DNA of 64,000 bases from an uncultured Acidimicrobiia bacterium (GCA_963786955.1 CAWBAT010000003.1:96001-160000), one strand, 5' to 3'. Counted from the first letter of the stretch, positions 42,918 to 54,501 are shown. Notes: generated from the sequence alone by a model not told the origin. Translations and numbers: made by a program.

Positions 42918-44910
42918 ATGCATCCCTGCGTGCGCGAATACCTCTCAGTATCAGGAACAGTCTGGCTGTGGATCGCTTTTCTGACGTCGGCGGGGTTGTT
43001 CTCCTATCGGCTTGCTTTCTTTGTCCGCCTTCTGCAATTGGCGAGACAGGAAGATCGATCCAAACAGATTGTCACTCGACTCAAGATTTTTATTACAGAT
43101 GTATTTGTCCAGCCTAGACTCCGCGACGGCATGATCTGGCCGGCGCATCTTTTGATCTTCTGGGGGTTCTTACTTTTCGCGGCAGCCTTCGGATTCACCT
43201 TGTTCAAGGGGCTTTTCCCTTTTCTTCCCTATCCCTGGCCCGAAGATGTCGGCCCAGCCAATTTGATTCTTGAAGTAGGTGCGGTCTTCGTATTGATTGC
43301 GTTGGCGGTTGCCGCTTACCGGCGCTTTGTTGTGCGTCCGCCCGGAGTTAAGCAGACTCTGGATGCAGCCTTCATCCTCGTCTTGATAGGATTGCTGATG
43401 ATCACCTTTCTGTCAGCAGGAGCGTTCAAGAAACTTGGGGATGAAGACCAGGCTGCGATCTGGTCTCCGGTTTCGAGCACTTTGCTTTTTGGCTCAGCTA
43501 TTGGCAATGCCAGTAACTATGGCCTTCGCCCTCTCCGCTTGGATGTGGTGGGGACATGTTCTCCTCGTTTTGGGCTTTCTCGCTTACCTGCCATACTCAA
43601 AACACTTTCATCTGCTGGCTGCCCCCTTCAGCGTTTTCCTGACTGACCTGAACCCAAAGGGAAGGATGCTTCTTGAAGAGAGCCCGGATACAAATTTCGG
43701 AGAGCTTGGATTGAAGGATTTTACATGGCGAGAATTGATGTCTCCGCTGGCGTGTGCGGAATGCGGGCGGTGTGATCGAGTCTGCCCGGCATTCAACAGT
43801 GGCAGTCCCTTATCTCCACAAATTATCGTTCATCATCTGAAGGAACATCTATTGGAGGCCGGCCCCTTACTTTTGTCTAGACGCTCTAAATCGGAGTCTT
43901 TCCGTTCTCTTCTAGACGGAATTGTCTCCCCTGAAGAACTGCAGGCTTGTACTACTTGTTTGGCCTGCACGGAAAACTGTCCGGTTCGGAATGAACATCT
44001 TCCCTTGATCCTACGCATGCGCCGGCATTTAGTGGGGATGGGCAGGATTGAAGACAAAATTCAAGGTACCTTGGCGTATTTCAATCGTTACGGCAATTCT
44101 TTTGGAAAATCTGAGCGGATGCGGACTCAATGGACCCAGGGTCTGCCCTTCAAAATAAAAGATGCTCGAAAGGAGCCGGTGGAATACTTATGGTTTGTCG
44201 GGGATTATGCCTCCTACGATCCCCGGGCGCAAGGAGTCACGCGGACCGTGGCCCAGTTGTTTCACGCCGCCGGTCTGGATTTTGGCCTGCTGTATGAGGC
44301 GGAACGAAATTCTGGAAACGATCTCCGCCGGATTGGAGAAGAGGGGCTTTTTCAATTGATGGCGGAAAGGAACATTGCTTCTTTATCACGCTGCCAGTTC
44401 CACCGAATCGTCACTACAGACCCTCATACCTACAATACCCTTAAGAATGAATATTCTGACCTCGGAGCAAAGTATGAGGTCTGTCATTACACCGAATTGC
44501 TCTTCTCCGTGATTCGCGAAGGTCGCTTGGCCCTGAAGAGCAATGGGAAGTTGGCTGTGACTTATCATGATCCTTGCTACCTGGGCCGCTATAACGGAAT
44601 TTACGAAGAGCCTCGACAAGTTCTCAAGGCACTGGGTCATGAAATACTCGAAATGCCAAGAAACCGAAGTCAAGGGTATTGCTGCGGTGCCGGGGGAGGG
44701 CGGATCTGGGCGGAAGATAAAGGAAAGCTTACAGAACGGCCTGCGGAGAATCGTGTCCGAGAAGCAGCAACGCTCCAGGGAGTTCAAGTGATGGTTGTGA
44801 GTTGCCCTAAAGACCTCGTCATGTTTCAAGATGCAGCCAAAATTACGGGCAACGAAGGAAGGATTGCGATTAAAGATCTTGCTCAGCTGGTCTGGGAATA
44901 TGCGGCTTAA
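42918..44910 (+). CDS. Membrane-anchored FadF/EtfD-type Fe-S oxidoreductase (putative ETF:menaquinone oxidoreductase), frameshifted
   Basis: Cytochrome-b-like TM part (AHLLIFWGF, WWGH, YSKHFH), CAECGRCDRVCP, CTTCLACTENCP, CCG domain HDPC / CCGAGGG. Confidence 0.85.
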
Positions 44911-45039
44911 CGCACGATCTGAGGAAGTGTGTCCACTGAAAGTATTTTGAAAAGATTCTGCCGTGCCGGGGAATGAGAAATTGACAATGCTCGTTGCCTG
45001 CAACACAGGGATAAGCATTGTGGAATCAAGGAGGAATCG

Positions 45040-46256
45040 GTGATGCCCACGACCACGCATGAAGTCATTGAATCATTATGGGGCGTGACTCTCGATAAAC
45101 TCCATGAGACCGAAGAAGGCAGACGCATTCTGTCCTGTATTCAATGCGGTGTGTGTGCCGGGACATGCCCTTACGGAGAATACATGGACTGGCCCCCGCG
45201 TCGGATTATCAAGATGCTGCAGTCAGGCCAATTGGAAGAAGTCTTCCGGTCGGACAGCCTTTTGAAGTGTGTGAACTGTTATGCCTGCATGGAGAAGTGC
45301 CCGCGGAATATCCGATCTAACGGAAATACTTCTCCCGCTGATTAAGGAACAAACAGTCTTGCGTCTTCCCCATGTACCTGCAGAGTTGCAGAAAGCGGTT
45401 GAAAATAGCTTACCGTTATGGCAATCCGATGGGAGAGTCTGGAAGAAAGCGGGCGGCGTGGGTGAAGACAACAAGTGTGCCAGTTCGCATTCTGGCTCAA
45501 GATCCTCGACCCACAGACGTCCTTTGGTTTCTGGAGTCTGATCTTTCCTATCACCCCGGGGACAAGATACGGCACGGGCAACCGCTAGAGTTTTCCACGA
45601 CTTGGGTGTCGATTTCGCCATCTTGGGGCCTGAAGAAAAAAGTGCCGGCGACTGTGGCCGTTTGTCATGGGAAAAAGGGCTGTCTGAAGTCCTCATCGAA
45701 TACAACATGGCCATTTTTGCCAAATATCAGTTTAACCAGATCGTAACCTCTGATCCGCATGCTTTGGACGCTTTCCGATATCGATATACGATGTTTGGAT
45801 TCGACTACAAAGTGACTCACATCGTCCCCTACGTCTTCTCCCACATTGAACAGCTTAAACCATTGCTGAAAAAGAAACTGAATCACAGGGTGACCTATCA
45901 CGACTCCTGCTGTCTGGGACGTCATAATAGCATCTATACCGAGCCAAGAGCTTTGCTGCAAGCCATACCAGGCATTCAGCTGTCTGAGATGGTGCACAAC
46001 CGCAACAACACTCTCTGTTGCGGCGGCGGTGGGCGGCGGGATGTGGCTCGATGCGTATTATAAGTCCAAAGGGATGGATCGACTTTCGGATAGGCGGATT
46101 CAAGAGGCAATCGACACCGGCGCCGATGTGCTGGCCGTGGCCTGTCCATACGAGGTTTCCCGATTCGAGGACTCCCTGAAGGTAACAGGCTATGAGGGGA
46201 AGATGATTGTGCGCGACATTATGGAGCTTTTGGCTGAATCGATGGGAGGTGAGTAA
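45040..46256 (+). CDS. Soluble HdrD-like protein (HdrC-type di-cluster domain plus CCG domains), frameshifted
   Basis: CIQCGVCAGTCP, CVNCYACMEKCP, YHDSCCLGR, LCCGGGG, VACP. Confidence 0.8.
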
Positions 46257-46257
46257 T

Positions 46258-48246
46258 ATGGAAGTTGCGTACGATCCCATCCGCATCGGCTTTTACATCT
46301 GCCATTGTGGGACGAACATAGCAGGAGTAATAGACGTCAAAACAGTAACTCAATTCGCTTCCGGCTTGCCTCACGTTGTTGTGTCTCGTGATTACAAATA
46401 CATGTGTTCTGATCCCGGGCAGGAAATGATCCAACAGGATATTATGGATCATCGACTCACGCGCGTTGTCGTTGCTTCCTGTTCCCCTTTGCTTCATGAA
46501 TCGACTTTTCGGAATGCTATCGCAAAAGGAGGGCTGAACCCTTTCTATTTGCAGATGGTCAATATCCGCGAGCATGATTCCTGGGTCCACGAAAACCGCC
46601 AGTCAGCAACAGAGAAGGCAATGGATTTGACTCGTGCCGCCGTGCTGAGAGTGGCGCTTCATCAACCCCTCGAACGCAAGCGAGTGCCCATCCGTTCTGA
46701 TGCGCTTGTTGTTGGAGGGGGAATTGCCGGAATTCATGCGGCTTTGACAATTGCGAATGCCGGCAAGCACGTCTATTTAGTGGAGCGGGAACCGACCATC
46801 GGCGGACACATGGCCCAGTTCGACAAAACATTCCCGACACTGGACTGTGCCGCCTGCATCCTCACGCCGAAGATGACTGCTGTGAAGGCACATCCGAATA
46901 TCACGCTCTGGACGTACTCGGAAGTGATTCATGTCAAAGGCTTCGTTGGGGATTACCAGGTCACCGTGCGACACAAGCCGCGCTATGTTTTGGAAGATCT
47001 CTGTGTAGGCTGTTTGGAGTGTATTGAAGCTTGCGTCTACAAGGATGCGCGGTTTCCGGATGAATTCAATCTGGGGCTGGGAAGACGTAAGCCGATCTAT
47101 ATCCCTTTTCCTCAAGCCGTGCCTCAAGTGGCGGTGATTGACAGGGAAGCATGTATTCAATTTAAATCGGGCAAATGCAAGCAGACCTGCGTCGAGGCTT
47201 GTGGAGACCGCCATGCGATTGATTTTAAACAGGAGGAATCGACAGAGGAAGTCCAGGTAGGCTCCGTCATCCTGGCAACCGGGTTTCAAGTTTTCGATGC
47301 TCACCGGGTTTCCTACTATGGCTACGGAACCTATCCCAACGTGTACACCGCACTTGAGGTCGAGCGATTGGTCAATGCATCCGGACCGACTGGCGGTGAA
47401 GTAGTCCTGCGCGATGGACGAAAACCAAAGTCGGTTGCGATCATTCACTGTGTGGGGTCTCGAGACGAGAATACGAATCGCTGGTGCTCGCGTGTGTGCT
47501 GCATGTACTCGCTAAAGCTGGCCCATCTTCTTAAGGAGCGGACTGGGGCGGAAATCTATAATTTCTACATTGATATCCGGGCTCCAGGGAAGAGCATGGA
47601 GGAGTTTTATAATCGTGTCGCCGAGGAAGGGGTGCATTTTATCCGAGGAAAAGTGGCAGATGTTTATCCGGCCATTCCAAAGGAGACGAACCGGCTCATT
47701 GTTCAGGGAGAAGATACACTCATTGGAAGGATAGTAAAGATTCCGGTGGACATGGTTATTCTATCAGTAGGACTTGAGCCCCAACCTGATACACCCAAGG
47801 TTCGCCGGATGTTCAATGTCTGTTGTGCATCAGAAGGATTTTTCATGGAGCGCCACCCGAAGCTCGCTCCGGTGAACACCTTCACGGACGGCATCTTTCT
47901 GGCGGGTGCCTGCCAGGGACCGAAGGATATCCCGGACACTGTTGCACAGGCCGGAGCAGCTGCCAGTGAAGCTCTAGCCCTGATTGACGCGGGATACATG
48001 GAGCTAGAGCCAAATGCTGCCATAATTGTGGAAGAGGATTGTTCAGGCTGCAAATCATGCATCCCACTTTGCCCCTATTCTGCAATTGATTTTGTTGAGG
48101 AAACCAAGAAAGCCAGAGTTCAAGAAGCTCTCTGCAAAGGATGCGGTGTCTGCGTAGCCGCCTGTCCGTCTGGATCCATTCGGCAGCCCATGTTTGAGGA
48201 TGAAGAGATTTACACTGAAATCAGAGGAGTGCTGGCTGGCGTCTAA
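46258..48246 (+). CDS. hdrA: Heterodisulfide reductase subunit A, copy 1
   Basis: ICHCG.NI, YMCSDPG, GGGIAG, DKTFPTLDC, CVGSRD, CSRVCCMY.LK, GACQGPKDI, C-terminal ferredoxin. Confidence 0.93.
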   Translation: MEVAYDPIRIGFYICHCGTNIAGVIDVKTVTQFASGLPHVVVSRDYKYMCSDPGQEMIQQDIMDHRLTRVVVASCSPLLHESTFRNAIAKGGLNPFYLQMVNIREHDSWVHENRQSATEKAMDLTRAAVLRVALHQPLERKRVPIRSDALVVGGGIAGIHAALTIANAGKHVYLVEREPTIGGHMAQFDKTFPTLDCAACILTPKMTAVKAHPNITLWTYSEVIHVKGFVGDYQVTVRHKPRYVLEDLCVGCLECIEACVYKDARFPDEFNLGLGRRKPIYIPFPQAVPQVAVIDREACIQFKSGKCKQTCVEACGDRHAIDFKQEESTEEVQVGSVILATGFQVFDAHRVSYYGYGTYPNVYTALEVERLVNASGPTGGEVVLRDGRKPKSVAIIHCVGSRDENTNRWCSRVCCMYSLKLAHLLKERTGAEIYNFYIDIRAPGKSMEEFYNRVAEEGVHFIRGKVADVYPAIPKETNRLIVQGEDTLIGRIVKIPVDMVILSVGLEPQPDTPKVRRMFNVCCASEGFFMERHPKLAPVNTFTDGIFLAGACQGPKDIPDTVAQAGAAASEALALIDAGYMELEPNAAIIVEEDCSGCKSCIPLCPYSAIDFVEETKKARVQEALCKGCGVCVAACPSGSIRQPMFEDEEIYTEIRGVLAGV

Positions 48247-48436
48247 GGGTTATCATTCGTTTTTACCAGTTCTGGCCGAATGCTTCACGGTGGCTTTCAA
48301 TTTCATTGCCATCGCCGATGTTGAATATTTCTATATCCCCCCCCCAAGGGCGGGGGCTGTGTGCAAGATTCGAGGATAGAACTGTCCCTCTTTGTTTTTC
48401 TTGCTTTTTCTTTACTCGAACGAATTTCCCCCAAAT

Positions 48437-48455
48437 AAGGGTGAACTCACCCGCC
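48437..48455 (+). promoter_or_regulatory. Putative enhancer site for the hdrCBA-mvh operon
   Basis: AAGGGTGAACTCACCCGCC, 18/19 identical to 40898-40916 and 131 nt upstream of the sigma54 motif. Confidence 0.7.
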
Positions 48456-48567
48456 TCTACCTTCATTTCTAATTTCAAACCGTTTCAAAATTATCACCTT
48501 TCTACAGCTTCTTTTGTTTCTATCACCGTTTTGCTCTACTCCTGACCAACATCCGCAATATTTCGAA

Positions 48568-48583
48568 TGGCGCGGAAATTGCA
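48568..48583 (+). promoter_or_regulatory. Sigma54 -24/-12 promoter of the hdrC operon
   Basis: TGGCGCGGAAATTGCA. Confidence 0.75.
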
Positions 48584-48725
48584 GATTATGAGAAGAAGTC
48601 ATTAGAAAAAGTGGAGGATATCGCAATTTCAATTGGGGCAGGGCAAAGTTGAAGAAGAGTTGGACAATGATGAATTCTTCAGCATAACAAGCAGAGCAGG
48701 TTGACCGAGTGAGGAGTCAAACTCT

Positions 48726-49295
48726 ATGGAAAGAACGATCAAGTACCAACGCGATGTTGATCCGGAGTGGACGCATCAAGTCAACGAACGACCCGGATGT
48801 GAGAGTCTCTTGGCATGCATGCAATGCGGAACCTGTTCTGGCGCCTGTCCGCTTTCAATTTACATGGATCTTTCTCCGCGTCGGATCATGGCATTGGTTC
48901 GCGAAGGATTTCGGGCTGAAGCTTTGAAATCCCAAACCATCTGGCTGTGTGCTTCCTGTTATGCCTGCGGTGTACACTGTCCACAAAAGATCAAAATTAC
49001 GGATGTGATGTACAGCTTGAAGAGAGAGGCGATCTCTTCGGGTCTTTACCCCCGGCATTTCCCCATTCCTGTGTTGTCGAGCGAGTTTTACAAAATGGTG
49101 AAACAACGCGGGCGCAATGCCGAGTTTTGGCTTGTCCTCCAGATGGCCTTGCGTTCCCATCCTTTGATGTTACTCGGCATGGTGAATTCAGGCTGGCATC
49201 TATGGCGAACAGGCCGGCTTTTCATGCGTCGGGATCGGATCAATCGTATTACTGAACTACAGCGGGCCCTCGGTTTTACCAAGGAGGACAATTGA
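48726..49295 (+). CDS. hdrC: Heterodisulfide reductase subunit C
   Basis: CMQCGTCSGACP and WLCASCYACGVHCP. Confidence 0.9.
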   Translation: MERTIKYQRDVDPEWTHQVNERPGCESLLACMQCGTCSGACPLSIYMDLSPRRIMALVREGFRAEALKSQTIWLCASCYACGVHCPQKIKITDVMYSLKREAISSGLYPRHFPIPVLSSEFYKMVKQRGRNAEFWLVLQMALRSHPLMLLGMVNSGWHLWRTGRLFMRRDRINRITELQRALGFTKEDN

Positions 49296-50207
49296 ATGGA
49301 ATCCCCGAATCAAGGTTACCTGTACTATCCTGGCTGCACCTTGAAGGCAAGCGCAATTGCTTATGAGGAAAGCCTGCTTACCCTTTATCGTCTCTTGGGT
49401 GTGCCGATCAAGGAACTTGAGGACTGGAATTGTTGTGGTGCCACCTCGTATATGTCTATTGAGGAGAGTTCAGCCTTCATTTTAGCGGCGAGAAATCTCT
49501 CTCTGGCGCACCAGGAAGGCTACCGAGAATTGATGACGCCATGTTCCGCCTGCTACCTGATTCTGAAGAAAGCCCAGGATTATGTGCAACGTTATCCGGC
49601 CATTGGCCGTCAGGTGGGGGAGGCGCTCCATCGGGCGGGTTTGCCGCCGATGGACTCGGTTCAAGTCCGTCATCCCCTGGAAATACTTTACAACGACATT
49701 GGAGTGGAGCGGATACGCTCAAAGGTTGCGCGCCACTGGCAAGGGGGGAGGGTCGCATGCTATTACGGATGTCAGATTGTTCGACCTTATTCCGAGGTGG
49801 ATACTCCCTACAACCCCACACGAATGGATGAACTCCTTCAGGCAGTCGGGATTCCCACTGTAGATTTCCCCTTGAAAACTAAGTGCTGTGGGGGGTCTCT
49901 GACGGGGACGATTCACTCCGTCGGAGTACGTCTCAATTACATTCTTCTCAAGGAAGCTGTCCGAAAGGGTGCTCAGGCTATTGTTACAGTATGCGGGCTC
50001 TGCCAATTCAACCTGGATGCCTATCAGTCGGAAATTCGCGGCGAGGCGCACGAACAGTACAATATACCTGTTTTTTACCTGCCCCAGGTCCTCGGTTGGC
50101 AATTAGGGGGCGACTATCGCTCTCTCGGACTTCATAGGGCAATCTCCGGCAGGCATCTCATCAAGCAGTGGTTCTCTGCAGAGAAAGAGGTAGAGGCATA
50201 TGTTTGA
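49296..50207 (+). CDS. hdrB: Heterodisulfide reductase subunit B
   Basis: YYPGC, WNCCG, CSAC, YYGC, KCCGG, CGLCQFNLD. Confidence 0.92.
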   Translation: MESPNQGYLYYPGCTLKASAIAYEESLLTLYRLLGVPIKELEDWNCCGATSYMSIEESSAFILAARNLSLAHQEGYRELMTPCSACYLILKKAQDYVQRYPAIGRQVGEALHRAGLPPMDSVQVRHPLEILYNDIGVERIRSKVARHWQGGRVACYYGCQIVRPYSEVDTPYNPTRMDELLQAVGIPTVDFPLKTKCCGGSLTGTIHSVGVRLNYILLKEAVRKGAQAIVTVCGLCQFNLDAYQSEIRGEAHEQYNIPVFYLPQVLGWQLGGDYRSLGLHRAISGRHLIKQWFSAEKEVEAYV

Positions 50208-52194
50208 AAATAATGGTCGGGCTCGGATTGGATTCTACATCTGTCATTGCGGCAGCAATATTGCAGGAATCGTCGATGTCAAATCTGTTGCGGAATATGT
50301 CGCCACACTGCCTGGCGTCGTCATTTCCAGAGACTATAAGTACATGTGTTCCGATCCCGGACAGGAACTCATCATACAGGATATCGAAGACAATGATCTG
50401 AACCGGATTGTGGTTGCTTCCTGTTCACCTCTTCTGCATGAGCACACTTTCCGAAAGGCAACGGCACGAGCCGGTTTGAATCCCTATTTTCTTCAGATGG
50501 TCAACATTCGCGAGCACGACTCTTGGGTCCATAGTGATAAGGCGAAAGCGACTACCAAAGCCAAAGATTTGGCTCGGGCGGCGGTCCGGCGGGTCGCCTC
50601 GCACAAACCCCTGGAGCAAAAAAGGGTACCCATCCATCCCAAAGTCCTGGTCCTCGGCGGCGGAATAGCTGGAATTCATGCCGCGTTGACATTGGCGGAT
50701 GCGGGAAAACATGTCTATCTCGTCGAGCGAGAGCCCAGCATTGGTGGGCACATGGCTCAGTTTGACAAGACTTTCCCAACTCTGGACTGTGCGGCTTGCA
50801 TCTTGACACCAAAGATGAGTGCGGTACGCGCTCATCCTAATATCACTTTATGGACCTACTCGGAAGTATCCCGGGTGGAAGGTTATGTCGGAAATTTCAA
50901 GGTGACCGTGACCCGCAACCCTCGCTACGTAAAAGAAGAGTTATGTGTCGGATGCCTGGAATGTGTTGAGGCCTGTGTCTATAAGGAAGCTCGATTTGTA
51001 GACGAGTTCAATGTCGGACTAGGGAAACGGAAACCGATCTATATTCCTTTCCCTCAGGCCACCCCGCAGATGGTGCTCATCGACCGTGAAGCTTGCATTC
51101 AATTCAAATCAGGAAAATGCAAGAAAACATGTGTGGAAGCGTGCGCGGATCGCAAAGCGATCGACTTTGGGCAACAGGAAAGGATCGAAGAGATCGAGGT
51201 GGGTGCCATTATTGTCGCCACGGGATTTCAAACCTTTGATGCACGCCGGATACCGTATTACGGTTATGGGACGAATCCTAGCGTTTACACGGCGCTGGAA
51301 ATTGAACGGCTGGTAAATGCCTCTGGCCCTACAGGTGGTGAAGTCATTCTTCGAGACGGAAGCCATCCCAAGGCCGTCGGAATCATCCATTGTGTGGGAT
51401 CGAGAGATGAAAACACCAATCGATGGTGCTCACGTGTCTGCTGCATGTACTCGTTGAAACTGGCGCACCTGATCAAAGAGCATACCGATGCAGAAGTATT
51501 CAACTTCTACATTGATATCCGTACGCCGGGGAAAGGATTTGAAGAGTTCTACCAAAAGCTGCGCAATGAAGGGGTGCATTTCATCCGGGGGCGTGTGGCG
51601 GAAGTTACGGATTGGGCGCTAGACCCATCTGAAGAGGGCAAAGCCGTCATCCGTGTAGAAGATACCTTGACGGGATTTGTTCGCAGAATTCCCGTCGATA
51701 TGGTGGTGTTAGCGGTAGGGCTAGAACCCCAAGCCGACTCCCAGGAAGTACGTCGTTTGTTCAACATCAGCTGTTCTACAGAAGGGTTCTTCCTGGAACG
51801 CCATCCTAAGCTTGCGCCAGTCAATACTTTTACCGATGGCATTTTCATAGCAGGTGCCTGTCAGGGGCCGAAAGATATTCCAGATACTGTAGCCCAAGCT
51901 GGAGCCGCTGCCGGGGAGGCCCTAGCCTTGATTGATCGGGGTTTCATGGAACTGGAACCCAATACAGCCTACATCGTCGAAGAAGACTGCTCCGGCTGTA
52001 AGTCGTGTATACCCCTCTGCTCCTATAACGCGATTACTTTTGTAGAGGAAAAGAACAAGGCTGCCATTCAAGAGGCTCTGTGCAAAGGATGCGGCACCTG
52101 TGTTGCGGCGTGCCCGTCGGGCTCCATTCGACAACATCTTTTCGAAGACGAGGAGATCTATGGGGAGATTGAAGGGATACTAACTCCGGTGTAG
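50200..52194 (+). CDS. hdrA: Heterodisulfide reductase subunit A, copy 2
   Basis: Same motif set as copy 1. Overlaps the hdrB stop. Confidence 0.93.
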   Translation: MFENNGRARIGFYICHCGSNIAGIVDVKSVAEYVATLPGVVISRDYKYMCSDPGQELIIQDIEDNDLNRIVVASCSPLLHEHTFRKATARAGLNPYFLQMVNIREHDSWVHSDKAKATTKAKDLARAAVRRVASHKPLEQKRVPIHPKVLVLGGGIAGIHAALTLADAGKHVYLVEREPSIGGHMAQFDKTFPTLDCAACILTPKMSAVRAHPNITLWTYSEVSRVEGYVGNFKVTVTRNPRYVKEELCVGCLECVEACVYKEARFVDEFNVGLGKRKPIYIPFPQATPQMVLIDREACIQFKSGKCKKTCVEACADRKAIDFGQQERIEEIEVGAIIVATGFQTFDARRIPYYGYGTNPSVYTALEIERLVNASGPTGGEVILRDGSHPKAVGIIHCVGSRDENTNRWCSRVCCMYSLKLAHLIKEHTDAEVFNFYIDIRTPGKGFEEFYQKLRNEGVHFIRGRVAEVTDWALDPSEEGKAVIRVEDTLTGFVRRIPVDMVVLAVGLEPQADSQEVRRLFNISCSTEGFFLERHPKLAPVNTFTDGIFIAGACQGPKDIPDTVAQAGAAAGEALALIDRGFMELEPNTAYIVEEDCSGCKSCIPLCSYNAITFVEEKNKAAIQEALCKGCGTCVAACPSGSIRQHLFEDEEIYGEIEGILTPV

Positions 52195-52333
52195 CGGAAT
52201 ATCAGAGCCAAGCTCGCCGAGCTCGAGCATGCATGAATTCAAAGTGGTGTCCGGATCGATGAGTCTTACAAAACCAGCAAGGAGATTAGCCATAGATCGT
52301 CATTAGAGACGAGTTGAAAGAGTCGAGGCCTCA

Positions 52334-52819
52334 ATGAACACATACGCATTGATCCAAGAATTTCTGGACCAAAAAAAATCGCGATGGTCGGGGTTTCCCG
52401 GGACCCGAAGCATTTCAGCCGCAAGCTGTTTAGGACACTGAGTGAGCGCGGTCATGCCATGCTGCCGGTGAATCCGAGTGCCCTAGAAATCGACGGGATT
52501 CATTGTTATCCGAGTATCGAAGCGATCCCCTTCCCAGTGAAGTGTGCCTTGTTGATGACCCCTCGGAAGGTAACCGATCATGTCGTGGAAGAGTGTGCCT
52601 CGGCCGGAAGCGACTTGGTTTGGATCTATGGGATCTCAGGGCCAAAACAGGTCAGTGCCCACACACTCAGGATTTGTGAACAGCATGGATCTAGGGGTTA
52701 TTCCGGGGTATTGCCCGTATATGTTCCTTGGTAATGGTGCGTTTTTCCATCGTCTCCATGGATTCGTCTTGAAGGCGACAGGGAAATATCCGAAATTAGG
52801 AATGCCGATGAGGACATAG
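52334..52819 (+). CDS. CoA-binding protein (YccU-like), frameshifted
   Basis: IAMVGVSRDP..FS, PVNP, CYPSI, C-terminal CPYMF...LHG. Confidence 0.8.
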
Positions 52820-52929
52820 CCCAAAATTGCTCTATGACCCGTCAGAAATGGATGAAGAGCGGAAAGGAAACACATAAGCTCATAAAGTGAGCCCGCGTTA
52901 CAAGGTGGCAATAGGAGGCCCAGATATGG

Positions 52930-53439
52930 ATGAGAAAGCGAAGGCGGATACCGAAAAGGGCGAGAGAGTGGGAACCACGTATCGTGGCATTTTTTTGTAA
53001 CTGGTGCACTTACACGGCTGCTGATTTGGCTGGAGTCTCGAGAATGCGTCATGCTCCCAACGCACGTGTCATCCGTGTCATGTGTTCCGGGCGAGTCGAT
53101 CCTCAATTTATTCTGGACGCATTTGCCCGAGGCGCCGACGGAGTGCTGATCGGTGGCTGCCATCCGGGTGATTGCCATTATGCGGAGGGCAATTACAAGA
53201 CTTTACGGCGGTTTCAGCTCTTGAAGCGTCTGGTAAAAGACATGGGGATCGAAGAAGATCGCCTTCGCCTCGAGTGGATTTCCGCTTCCGAAGGCGAGAA
53301 GGTAAAGATCGTCATCAACGACTTGGTCGAGAAGGTTCGCCTTTTGGGGCCTCTTGCGATGCCCCATCAGTTCGAGACCTGGGATGAGGAACTACAGTCT
53401 ATTGCGGGAGAGGAAACGGAGGTGAGCACTCATGTCTGA
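52930..53439 (+). CDS. mvhD: Hydrogenase iron-sulfur subunit MvhD/FlpD
   Basis: FCNWCTY.AAD, MCSGRVD, GGCHPGDCHY, WISASEG. True start probably 52926. Confidence 0.93.
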   Translation: MRKRRRIPKRAREWEPRIVAFFCNWCTYTAADLAGVSRMRHAPNARVIRVMCSGRVDPQFILDAFARGADGVLIGGCHPGDCHYAEGNYKTLRRFQLLKRLVKDMGIEEDRLRLEWISASEGEKVKIVINDLVEKVRLLGPLAMPHQFETWDEELQSIAGEETEVSTHV

Positions 53440-54398
53440 GAAGCCCAAAGTTGCTTTTTACTGGTGCGCTTCTTGTGGCGGCTGTGAGGAGTCAATCGTT
53501 GATCTTGGCTGAAGACCTTCTCGAGGTGGTCGGAGCAATAGAGATTGTTCTCTGGCCGGTGGCAATGGACTTCAAAAAACATGATATTGAAGGGATGCCC
53601 GACTCTTCGATCCTGGCAGCTTTGGTTAACGGCAGCATCCGGACTTCAGAGCAGGAAGAGATGGCACGGCTATTGCGTCGCAAGAGCAAGATTCTCGTGG
53701 CCTATGGATCCTGTGCCCAATTAGGCGGTATTCCCAGTTTGGCAAACCAGTTTGGTAAGGAGCAAATCCTGGAGTACGTTTATCAACAATCACCCTCGGT
53801 CGTGAACGAATCTAAGCTGTTTCCCCAAAGGGAAACTCAAGTCAACGGCTTCAATGCAATACTTCCCCGGTTCCACACTCTCGTTCGTTCCTTGGACCAG
53901 ATCGTCGAAGTGGATTATTATCTCCCGGGCTGCCCTCCGACACCTAAATTGATTAAGCAAGCCTTGACAACTCTTCTTTCCGGCGATGCTCCTCCCAAAG
54001 GGACTGTTTTGGCGCCTGACGTCGCTCTTTGTGAGGAATGCGCCAGGAAATCATCGAAGCCTACCGACTTGCACTTCTCTCGTTTCAAACGCCCGCATGA
54101 AATCATGATTGATCCGGACAAATGTTTGCTGGCACAAGGGGTCTTATGTATGGGCCCTGCAACTCGAGGAGGATGTGAAGCGCTTTGTGTGCAGGGAAAC
54201 ATGCCTTGCACGGGCTGTTTTGGCCCTACGTCACGGGTCCGAGACCAAGGTGCTAAAATGCTTTCAAGCCTGGCCTCCTCTGTTGACGCCAAAGAGAAAA
54301 AGGAAATTGACGAGATTCTTGCGGGGATCCCGGATCCTGTTGGGAGTTTCTATCGATATGGTATGGCAAAGTCCTTGCTTAGAGGCAAATTAAATTGA
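53432..54398 (+). CDS. mvhG: F420-non-reducing [NiFe]-hydrogenase small subunit (frameshift near 53505)
   Basis: WCASCGGC, GSCA, PGCPP, CEEC, CMGP.T..GC.A.C, PCTGCFG. Confidence 0.9.
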
Positions 54399-54501
54399 TC
54401 GGGAAATAAAGAAGAATTTCAACTTATTAAGTTGCGACTGAGTGCGCCAGAGTCGCCGGGACGTTTTAAGGAAACTATTGGAAGGCGTTGGAGGTAGAGA
54501 G

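Noticed and set aside
46258-52194. hdrA duplication as an assembly artefact
   Set aside because: The copies differ at many third codon positions and by an indel loop.
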